DNA from: Macrostomum hystrix
Taxonomy: Eukaryota; Animalia; Platyhelminthes
Assembly: GCA_950097015.1 (NCBI GenBank)
Contig: CATNEN010000003.1
Coordinates: 5,456,001-5,520,000, forward strand
Direction: 5' to 3'
Length of the DNA stretch: 64,000 nucleotides
This document shows, piece by piece, positions 24,901 to 36,900 of this stretch (the first letter of the stretch is position 1; each line of letters opens with the position of its first letter). The notes below the pieces were generated by a model. The model worked only from the letters and a program-made list of their open reading frames with translations. It had not been told where the DNA came from and made no database searches. The translations under genes were made by a program, and so were the position numbers.

Positions 24901-27900
24901 ATGGGGATCGGGACCAGGGGAGCAGGACCCAGGAGAGAGCCAGAGCCACCTTGCTTGGCAAGGGTATTCGCAAGCTCGTTCCCTGCAGGGAAGCCCGCAT
25001 GCCCTGGGATCCAGCTCAGCCTGACCGTGTTGTTACGGGCCAGGAGGTTGCGTTGCCGGGCACAGTCAGCGACTGTCCGGGAGCACGTGGTGGTGCGGCA
25101 AAGGGCTTGTAAGGCCGCTTGGCTGTCAGAGTGGATGATGATAGTCTCTCCTCTCGTATTCCTGGCATTCAGCTCTGCGGCACAGGAGCTGATGGCAAGG
25201 ATTTCATTCTGGAAGACCGTAGAAAGTCTCCCAGTATGTTGGGCATGCGTGGCGACGACGCGGCCGTTGATCAGGATGCAGACCCCAAAGCCGGCAAGGC
25301 CGTCTTTAAGGGATCCGTCCGTATATCAGTGGACCTCCTGGTGGTTCCAGTGGTCGTTAGCGTCTTCCCCTCGAGGGGATGGGCATATATCATCATGGTT
25401 AGTGTAAATCATTTTCTCAAAATTGACAGCCTTTAGATTTCTTAAAAGTGCAATTAATCTTGCTTTTTTTCTAGTTTGGAAGTATTGAAACGAGACACAT
25501 TTTTGGTTCTTTAATACATGTGCTATGATGATGACTGTAAACATTAATTTTATAGCAAATATTTGAGACTCTGTCGTGAGGAGGTCGTAAAAGTATTTAT
25601 TATCTATCTTACTCACTTGAGTGATGGCACTAGATGCCATTGAAATGTTTTTCTTGTTTGAATTTCATCAGCAGTGACAGTTTCCATTTTATTGTCGCTT
25701 ACCTGGACTGGACTTCACGCTGGTGGCAACTTCGTTAAGTTTTTTGAGTTTCTCCTTGCGCTGAAGACCAGACGAACTTCTGCGTCTGTGCTGGAATTTC
25801 TCGTCTTCGTCCTCGGCGTTGCAGCCGCGACCGCCGCCGCCGCCGCCGCCGCCACCGCAGCAGCAGCCGCCAGAGGATGCGAGGCTGAACTCCTGATCAA
25901 CGCTTGGCTGCTGCATTGTGATCAGCGGCGGTCTGGTTCCGGAGCTGCGGAAGCGAACAACCAGATTAGGATGCAAATTTAGGGATATTTCAGGAGCAAG
26001 GGTAGAGTGACCTAGTGAAGGACTGGGGGTAAATGAGGTAGACACTGAGGGTAAATGGGGTAGATACTGATGGTAAATGAGGTAGATACTGAGGGTAAAT
26101 GAGGTAGACACTGAGGGTAAATGAGGTAGACACTGAGGGTAAATGAGGTAGACACTGAGGGTAAATGAGGTAGATACTGAGGGTAAATGAGGTAGATACT
26201 GAGGGTAAATGAGGTAGACACTGAGGGTAAATGAGGTAGACACTGAGGGTAAATGGGGTAGACACTGAGGGTAAATGAGGTAGATACTGAGGGTAAATGA
26301 GGTAGATACTGAGGGTAAATGGGGTAGAGACTGAGGATAGAAGGGTCAGAGACTGAGGATAGAAGGGGTAGAGACTGAGGATAGAAGGGGTAGAGACTGA
26401 GGATAGAAAAGGTAGAGACTGAGGATAGAAGGGTCAGAGACTGAGGATAGAAGGGGTAGAGACTGAGGATAGAAAAGGTAGAGACTGAGGATAGAAGGGT
26501 CAGAGACTGAGGATAGAAGGGGTAGAGACTGAGGATAGAAGGGGTAGAGACTGAAGATAGAAAAGGTAGAGACTGAGGATAGAAAGGGTAGAGACTGAGG
26601 ATAGAAGGGGTAGACACTGGGGATAGAAGGGGTAGAAACTGAGGATAGAAGGGGTAGAAACTGAGGATAGAAGGGGTAGAAACTGAGGATAGAAGGGGTA
26701 GAAACTGAGGATAGAAGGGGTAGAAACTGAGGATAGAAGGGGTAGACACTGGGGATAGAAGGGGTAGAAACTGAGGATAGAAGGGTCAGAGACCCGTCGG
26801 GGTGTCGGACGCACCCGGTGTCCTCAGCCGAGTCGCCGCCCTCCTCCAGTCGCATCTGAGCGAACCGGCCGCTCTCAAGTCGCATCCACATAACGTTGAG
26901 CGTTTCCATGACAACGCAAAAGTCGCAACGGCGCAAATTTGGATTCACGGTGTAAGGAATTAGGTGGGGCAGCACTCGGGTTGCAATGAGGTTGAAGGTT
27001 AGACCGAATCGTTTATCCGACAGCATTCGCTTGTAGATGTCTGCAGAAAAGATTACAAGTAATGGTAATAACACTTGATTATTTGTCTGCCAGTCTACTG
27101 TTTCTATTGCCCGCCTTGCATTATCCTAGTGGACAAATCACGCCTGTTTACTTCCACTTATTTGTCATGTCCTATTTTTAGCTGCAAGTCTGCCTGCTGG
27201 CCTTGGATTCTCCCACCTATGTATGTGTACACATTAGTGACGCATCAGTTGCTATTTTTAGCAACAGACCCCTTTGTCATGCAAGTGCCAGCCAAGGACC
27301 ACTAGAAGAAGAAGGACGTGACATATAGTTTCTTGGAAAATTTTTAAAGGCAGATTTTCACGCAGAAATGCACTGGCGAGATAGGAAATTTTCACGTTTT
27401 TCACATTAAAATTTTGATAACTTTTTATTGGAAGCCAATGCTGGTTTTAACAAAACCTGCAAAACATTTTGGTTACAACGAGTTTAAAAAAGCTTCATTC
27501 ATTTTACAAGAAGCAAAATTTCCCGCCTTCTTCTTCTAGTGGTCCTTGGTGCCAGCCCCTTCAGTGAAGTCAGCTTCTATTAATAGAAAATCACGTGACT
27601 TTGTCTCTATTCCAGCAATGAGATCCAAAACGGACCAGCTCTTGAAAGTACTCATAGTAATAGTACAGACCTCTCAGACAAAAAGGAGTCAGTCACTTTG
27701 GAAGATTTCACTAATCCTTCTGAGCGAAATCCTAATAAACGTCTAAGCTTCGTCTTCGAAGTTGAAATCCTACAAAGTGATCGTTCAGTCTGAAAAAAAA
27801 GGTATTTGAGCAGTCGGCACTCACTAATAACAGCCATGTAGATGTCCCTGTCTGAGAAATTAATCTCCAATAAGAATGGCAGAATCTCATCCAGTATAAT

Positions 27901-30900
27901 CATTTTGTCAAGCCGGTCGATTAGCTGATTTAAGCAGGCCAAAGCTTTCACCTGCATCTGCAAGTATTTTAAAAGCGAAAAAGTTACTCTTGGAAAAAGC
28001 AGCTTCGAGCTCATTTTACACTACTACCAGTAGAAATGTTGGATAACTTGAATATAAATATATTTCGCTCTCGATTTCTCCCCCATTCACTTCTCAGTCC
28101 AATTTCTAACCTCCGTTTTAGCATCTCTCGAATCAAAAACCAATTCTCACATTTAAACTCGCGCCACCAATGAACGCTGATTTAGCCTTGGGCAAAATCA
28201 CCCTTCGCATGGTCTTGTCATCGATGTGTTCCTGCAACACGCAGAATGCGTTCAGCGCCGCCTCCTATATTAAATGTCAATGTCAAAATCAAAGACGTCA
28301 TTTATATATCGAAAGAGAATTCGCTTATGTATGCTTCAATGAGAAAGCTGTTGGTACTCAGAAAGTCGTGGATAACCTACCCAAGGAAAGTCGTTGATAA
28401 CCTACCCAAGGAAATTCGTGGATAACCTACCCAAGGAAAGTCGTGGATAACCTACCAAAGAAAAGTCGTGGATAACCTACCCAAGGAAAGTTGTCGATAA
28501 CCTATACCCAATGAAAGTCGTTGATAACCTACCCAAGGAAAGTCGTGGACAACCTACCCAAGAAAAGTCGTGGATAACCTACCCAAGGAAAGTCGTGGAT
28601 AACCTACTTAAATAAGTCGTGGATAACCTACCCAAGGAAAGTCGTTGATAACCTACCAAAAAAGTCGTTGATAACCTACCAAAAAGTCGTGGATAACCTA
28701 CCCAAGAAAAGTCGTGGATAACCTACCAAGGAAATTCGTGGATAACCTACCCAAGGAAAGCCGTGGATAACCTACCCAAGGAAAGTCGTGGATAAACCAA
28801 CCAAAGGAAAGTCGTTGAAAACATACCCAAGGAAAGTCGTTGATAACCTACCCAAGGAAAGTCGTAGATAACCTACCAAAGGAAAGTTGTCGATAACCTA
28901 CCCAAGGAAAGTCGTGGATAACCTACCAAAGGAAAGTCGTTGATAACCTACCCAAGGAAAGTCGTGGATAACCTACCCAAGGAAAGTCGTGGATAACCTA
29001 CCCAAGGAAAGTCGTGGATAACCTACCAAAGGAAAGTTGTCGATAACCTACCCAAGGAAAGTCGTGGATAACCTACCAAAGGAAAGTCGTTGATAACCTA
29101 CCCAAGGAAAGTCGTGGATAACCTACCCAAGGAAAGTCGTTGATAACCTACCCAAGGAAAGTCGTTGATAACCTACCAAAGAAAAGTCGTGGATAACCTA
29201 CCCAAGGAAAGTCGTGGATAACCTACCAAAGAAAAGTAAATGATAACCTACGAAAGAAAAGTAGTTGATAACCTACCTAAGGAAAGTCGTCGATGAACTT
29301 CCAATGAAAAATGGTCGATAACCTACCGAAAAAGAATCCTCAATGGCCTACCCAAGGGAATTCGTCGATAAACTATTTGAAGGTAGAACCTGTTATGACA
29401 AGTTGTTCCTAATCCTAATCCTAATCCTAACCAATCAGAATGTTTGTTAATCACCTGTCCAGAGGTCGTGTTAGACTCCAGAGTGGCGATCACCAGTGGT
29501 AGGAGATCAGATCGAACTTCGTCTTCGGCCAGTCGTTCAACCAGAATGTCGGCGTGCTCGACTAGAACCAAATTAGTCTGGAAAGGTGAAACTTCAGCAG
29601 TAGAGCATTTTAAATACTTTATTTTTAGTTTTTTTCTGCGAATAATAAACTCAACTAAACTAAAGCTAAACGAACCGAAACTTACAAAAAAAAAATTATC
29701 CACAGAAAAAATTCTTCTTTTTTCACCTGTTAGACACAGGCTGTTCACCTGTTAGACACAGGCTGTTCACCTGTTAAACACAGGCTGTTCACCTGTTAGA
29801 CACAGTTTACCTGTTAGACACAGTTCACCTATTAGACACAGTTCAACTGTTAGACACAGTTCACCTGTTAGACACAGGCTGTTCACCTGTTAGACACATC
29901 ATGTTCACCTGTTAGGCACAGGCTGTTCACCAGTTAGACAGAGGCTGTTCATCTGTTAGACACAGTTCACCTGTTAGACACAGTTCACCTGTTAGACACA
30001 GTTCACCTGTTAGACACAGTTCACCTGTTAGACACAGTTCACCTGTTAGACACAGTTCACCTGTTAGACACAGTTCACCTGTTAGACACAGTTCACCTGT
30101 TAGACACAGTTCACCTGTTAGACACAGTTCACCTGTTAGACACAGTTCACCTGTTAGACACAGTTCACCTGTTAGACACAGTTCACCTGTTAGACACAGT
30201 TCACCTGTTAGACACAGTTCACCTGTTAGACACAGTTCACCTGTAAGACACAGTTCACCTATTAGACACAGTTCACCTGTTAGACACAGTTCACCTGTTA
30301 GACACAGTTCACCTGTTAGACACAGTTCACCTGTTAGACACAGTTCACCTGTTAGACACAGTTCACCTGTTAGACACAGTTCACCTGTTAGACACAGTTC
30401 ACCTGTTAGACACAGTTCACCTGTTAGACACAGTTCACCTGTTAGACACAGTTCACCTAGTTCACCTGTTAGACACAGTTCACCTGTTAGAACAATTCAC
30501 CTGTCAGACACAGTTCACCTGTTAGACACAGTTCACCTGTTAGACACAGTTCACCTATTAGACACAGTTCACCTGTTAGACACAGTTCACCTGTTTGACA
30601 CAGTTCACCTGTTAGACACAGTTCACCTGTTAGACACAGTTCACCTGTTAGACACAGTTCACCTGTTAGACACAGTTCACCTGTTAGACACAGTTCACCT
30701 GTTAGACACAGTTCACCTGTTAGACACAGTTCACCTGTTAGACACAGTTCACCTGTTAGACACAGTTCACCTGTTAGACACAGTTCACCTGTTAGACACA
30801 GTTCACCTGTTAGACACAGTTCACCTGTTAGACACAGTTCACCTAGTTCACCTGTTTGACACAGTTCACCTGTTAGAACAATTCACCTGTTAGACACAGT

Positions 30901-33900
30901 TCACCTGTTAGACACAGTTCACCTGTTAGACACAGTTCACCTGTTAGACACAGTTCACCTAGTTTACCTGTTAGACACAGTTCACCTGTCAGACACAGTT
31001 CACCTGTTAAACACAGTTCACCTGTTAGACACAGTTCACCTAGTTCACCTGTTAGACACAGTTCACCTGTTAGAACAATTCACCTGTCAGACACAGTTCA
31101 CCTGTTAGACACAGTTCACCTGTTAGACACAGTTCACCTGTTAGACACAGGCTGTTCGTCTGTTAGTCAGGCTTAGAGACTTGTGCTGTTAGACTGGATT
31201 CTTAATTTATAGACTGGCTTTATTATTTTCGAAATAATATTTCAAACTATGCAGACCGCAGTCTGTGTATAGGCATATAAAGTACACTGCATATTATCTG
31301 TAAATGATATATATGCGGAGTTTAGTAATTCCAAAGTCCTAATGAGATTTCTCATAAGAGCAATGAGACGACTTGCTTTTGGAACATTCACAAACTGCCG
31401 GCAGATAAAATAACTTCATTATTTTGCCTTTCCAACCTTTTCGTATGCAATATTATTACTGCATTAGTATACTATGCAACTTTGTGCTTAAAAAAACATT
31501 TTGAGTCGATGGCAGTAAAGTGATACTAACTAGTGGGTCAAAGATTTTTTAAAGCGATATTTACATTCTTTTTAGGTCCCCTAAATATCCTATTCAGGGG
31601 ACCATGCACTTAATGGGATTACGTTCGGGTCCTGCTAAACGTAGATGGTCAGACTTGTTATTGCAAAACAGTGGTCAATTATTTTATGATTTGTTTGTTT
31701 AATTGTGTCTCAACTCTCCCGTGTCTCATCTCTTCCGTGTCTCATCTCTTTCGTGTCTCATCTCTCCCGTGTCTTATCTCTTGTGTCTCATCCCTCCCGT
31801 GTCTCATCTCTCCCGTGTCTCATCTCTCCCGTGTCTCATCCCTCCCGTGTCTCATCTCTCCCGTGTCTCATCCCTCCCGTGTCTCATCTCTCCCGTGTCT
31901 CATCCCTCCCGTGTCTCATCTCTCCCGTGTCTCATCTCTCCCGTGTCTCATCTCTTTCGTGTCTCATCTCTCCCGTGTCTTTCGTGTCTCATCTCTCTGG
32001 TGTCTCATCTCTTTCGTGTCTCATCCCTCCCGTGTCTCATCTCTCCCGTGTCTCATCCCTCCCGTGTCTCATCTCTCCGGTGTCTCATCTCTCCCGTGTC
32101 TCATCTCTTTCGTGTCTCATCTCTCCCGTGTCTCATCTCTTTCGTGTCTCATCTCTCCCGTGTCTCATCTCTCCGGTGTCTCATCTCTCCCGTGTCTCAT
32201 CTCTCCCGTGTCTCATCTCTCCCATGAGACATCATCTCTCCCGTGTCTCATCTCTCCCGTGTCTCATCTCTTTCGTGTCTCATCTCTCCCGTGTCTCATC
32301 TCTCCCGTGTCTCATCTCTCCCGTGTCTCATCTCTCTCGTGTCTCATCTCTCCCGTGTCTCATCTCTCCCGTGTCTCATCTCTCCCGTGTCTCATCTCTC
32401 TCGTGTCTCATCTCTCCCGTGTCTCATCTCTCCCGTGTCTCATCTCTCCCGTGTCTCATCTCTCCCGTGTCTCATCTCTTTCGTGTCTCATCTCTCCCGT
32501 GTCTCATCTCTTTCGTGTCTCATCTCTCCCGTGTCTCATCTCTCTGGTGTCTCATCTCTTTCGTGTCTCATCCCTCCCGTGTCTCATCTCTCCCGTGTCT
32601 CATCCCTCCCGTGTCTCATCTCTCCGGTGTCTCATCTCTCCCGTGTCTCATCTCTCCCGTGTCTCATCTCTCCCGTGTCTCATCTCTTTCGTGTCTCATC
32701 TCTCCCGTGTCTCATCTCTCCGGTGTCTCATCTCTCCCGTGTCTCATCTCTCCCGTGTCTCATCTCTCCCGTGTCTCATCTCTCCCGTGTCTCATCTCTT
32801 TCGTGTCTCATCTCTCCGGTGTCTCATCTCTCCCGTGTCTCATCTCTCCCGTGTATCATCTCTCCCGTGTCTCATCTCTCCCGTGTCTCATCTCTCCCGT
32901 GTCTCATCTCTTTCGTGTCTCATCTCTCCCGTGTCTCATCTCTCCGGTGTCTCATCTCTCCCGTGTCTCATCTCTCCCGTGTCTCATCTCTCCCGTGTCT
33001 CATCTCTCCCGTGTCTCATCTCTTTCGTGTCTCATCTCTCCGGTTTCTCATCTCTCCCGTGTCTCATCTCTCCCGTGTCTCATCTCTCCCGTGTCTCATC
33101 TCGCCCGTGTCTCATCTCTCCCGTGTCTCATCTCTTTCGTGTCTCATCTCTCCGGTGTCTCATCTCTCCCGTGTCTCATCTCTCCCGTGTCTCATCTCTC
33201 CTGTGTCTCATCTCTCCCGTGTCTCATCTCTCCCGTGTCTCATCTCTCCCGTGTCTCATCTCTCCCGTGTCTCATCTCTCCGGTGTCTCATCTCTTTCGT
33301 GTCTCATCTCGCCCGTCATCTCTTTTCTACAGTCAATGCGGCCCGTTGTCGTCTTTTAGGTTTTCTTTTTGCCCCGCTAGCTAATAAGTTTGCCGACCCC
33401 TGGTTTATCTCCATGACAACAGAAACTTCACCCAGAAATTTCATGCCGCCAAACTTTCACAGACAGCGGTTGACCAAAAATACGAACATCAAATATTTGA
33501 CTGAGCAAAAAATAGACTAATATAGTCAATATGCAGGAAAGCATTGTTTTTGTTCTGTCAGTTCATTTATTTACCTGAGCACTCCTTGGTCGCCTGAGTA
33601 CGGCCAGAGTGTGCCCGCTCAAGTAGTTGCAAAATTCCTCCGCAGTTGAGTGCATGATGATCCTGAGTAGGCAGGGCAGCACGAATGGACTCAGCTCAGT
33701 TGATAGCCACAGATTCTCGGCCAGTAACGGTACCACGCGTTTGTACACGATTGTCTGAAAGTAAGTAAAAGCTGTTATTTTTTAACGATATATATACAAG
33801 TCGTTACTTTTTAAAGCGTTAAATACCTCAGGTTTTTTATGCAGATTTTACAACTGAAGGCTGTTATTGTTGCTTTTTAACGATTGCTAACAGACAAATG

Positions 33901-36900
33901 AATGAACGATTTAACGTAGTTAGAGTTGGAACAAAAATTCGTTAATTTAGATAGTTATTCTTTAATTCGAGAATTAAGATTTATGTTAGATCGTTACTCT
34001 ATAATTTTTTGTAGCAAAGCGATGAGTAAACGAACTTCAAGTGCAGTTTTACTCCTGTTGGTAATTATTTTTCACAGCATAAAAATCATAAAAAAGTACA
34101 GTTTAATGATCCATTCTAATGGCCACAGGCTCATTAAACTTAGCCTAGACATTTTTGAAATCAGAATCTTGATTAATAAAAAAATCTTGACTGTCTGATT
34201 TGTTTTCTGATTCTTATTAAAACACGGACGCAATTTGAGCACACTTCACTGACTCACGTGCAGGTTTGAGTCTAGTTTTTTTATTACAGATTTACCCCGA
34301 CGAAATCCCATTAATCCCTCTAATTATTCCTAATTGATCTTTGAAACTAGAAAACTACTTGTCCATTAAGTTGAAAAAAATCATGCAACTTATCGAAATA
34401 AACTAACAAAATGACTGACAGAATGACAAGCTGAGAGAATGACTAGCTGACAGAATGACTAGCTGACAGAATGACTAGCTGACAGAATGACTAGCTGACA
34501 GAATGACTAGCTGACAGAATGACTAGCTGACAGAATGACTAGCTGACAGAATGACTAGCTGAGAGAATGACTAGCTGACAGAATGACTAGCTGACAGAAT
34601 GACTAGCTGACAGAATGACTAGCTGACAGAATGACTAGCTGACAGAATGACTAGCTGACAGAATGACTAGCTGACAGAATGACTAGCTGACAGAATGACT
34701 AGCTGACAGAATGACTAGCTGACAGAATGACTAGCTGACAGAATGAATAACTGACAGAATGACTAGCTGACAGAATGACTAGCTGACAGAATGACTAGCT
34801 GACAGAATGACTAGCTGACAGAATGACTAGCTGAGAGAATGACTAGCTGACAGAATGACTAGCTGACAGAATGACTAGCTGAGAGAATGAATAACTGACA
34901 GAATGACTAGCTGACAGAATGACTAGCTGAGAGAATGACTAGCTGACAGAATGACTAGCTGAGAGAATGACTAGCTGACAGAATGACTAGCGGACAGAAT
35001 GACTAGCTGACAGAATGACTAGCTGACAGAATGACTAGCTGAGAGAATGACTAGCTGACAGAATGACTAGCTGAGAGAATGACTAGCTGACAGAATGACT
35101 AGCTGAGAGAATGACTAGCTGACAGAATGACTAGCGGACAGAATGACTAGCTCTTGTAAGCTGCTTTGTTTTATGTTGAAAGTAAATTTAATCAACAGAA
35201 AAATATGCTAGTCCACTGTTTGCACTTTTAGTTTGGTCTGTGATAAATGGCGCATCGCATCAAGGTTGTCCATTTTTGATAAAAGCTTTTTAGCTGTCTG
35301 TAAAAATGGCAGTGTCGCGTTTCTAAGAAAAGAAAGCTAATATTGTTTTTAACCCGTCATTTATTAAATTAATTGTTTTTTTTTTTTTTTTTCGCGCACC
35401 CCAAAGTACGCGCAATTAAGAGCATAAAAACCACGTATAAATTACCTTTGGGAATTGCTCTCTCATCATGATTGTCATTAGCATTTTGAAAAAGTCGATC
35501 TTCTGGGCCAAATTCTTTGCCTCGCAGGTGACAAGACCTTCCAGTCCTAGCAGAAGCAGGTCTTGAAAGCATTTGTTCTGCAGTTTCGAGAAATGAGTAA
35601 CAATTAACAAACTTCCCCTCAAGAGAATAAATAGAATATAAGAAATAGGGTGTGTGAGTGGCAGAGTGGTTAACGCGTTTGCCCTTCGAGCCAAGGTCCC
35701 TGAGTTCGATTCCGCGGCGAGGCCACATTCATTTGGAGCGCAGCCGCGGAGAGAAGGCTCGGTGGCTTGTCGTGCAATTTACGCTCTTGAGGGCCAACTT
35801 CAAAGGCACAGTGAGAGTGTACACTGCCTGACGATGAGAAAGTCATGTCAGATGTACACACTTGTGTGCGTGTGTGCTCAGGAGTCAGCGAAATGGGCAT
35901 CGCCTCCTCGCTGGCTGCGGGTCTAGTGTCACCAAATGATGTGCCATTGCCCGCAGCCCTCCAGAAAATATTATTCATAACGTAAGATACTTGCGCCGCT
36001 TACCATTCCGAACAGATCAGCTGACGGTCTCAACCGGCTGTCCCTGTCCAACATTTTCTCCACGGGGTCAAGCAGCTCGTGCTGCAGTTTCATGAGTGCC
36101 TGCGGCAGGCTGGCTGGCAGCTGAGTTCATTTTTTCCAGGAAAAAGCATTTTAATTTTTTTAAATTTTAGATTTTGTTAAATAACCAGCTAATTGTGCAG
36201 TAAAAAAGAGGGATGTATTGTCAAGATTTTACATGAGGGTGAGATTTTGACAAAACGGTAGGATTTCTTGAAAATCCTGGAAAATTTGGCAGATTAAAGC
36301 GAGACTTTTTCATTTAAATGTGAGATTTTGTCGAACGAGGCGAGATTTTGTCTCTCGATATTTTTTTTCATTTGTCTCACAAGATGAGACTTTGTCTCAC
36401 GAGGTGAGATTTCGACTCTCGATATGAGATTTTGTCTCACAAGGTGAGATTTTGTCTCAAGAGGTGAGATTTTGTCTCAAGAGGTGAGATTTTGACTCTC
36501 GATATGAGATTTGTCACACAAGGTGAGATTTTGACTCTCGATATGAGATTTGTCACACAAGTTGAGATTTTGTCTCTCGATATTACTGTTTTTCATTTGT
36601 TGCACACGATGAGATTTTGTCTCACGAGGTGAGATTTCGACTCTCGATGTGAGATTTTGTTTCTAAAGGTGAGATTTTGTCTCAAGAGGTGAGATTTTGT
36701 CTCAAGAGGTGAGATTTTGTCTCAAGAGGTGAGATTTTGTCTCACGATGAGATTTTGTATCTCGATATGTGATTTCGTCTTACAACGTGAGATTTTGTGG
36801 AACGAGTCGCATAAAGGAGAAAATTATTTAGTTAAATGAGGTGTGAATTTTGTAAAGCATGAAAATGATTAGCCTAAGATACTTGAAAAGTATACCTCAC

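Noticed and set aside
24699-25436. Plus-strand ORFs of 105-172 aa
   Set aside because: Antisense shadows of the minus-strand LINE RNase H frame.
31671-33520. 425-562-aa ORFs (SHLSRVSSLPCLISPV...)
   Set aside because: Stop-free 16-bp satellite open in all three frames; inside a MITE within an intron.
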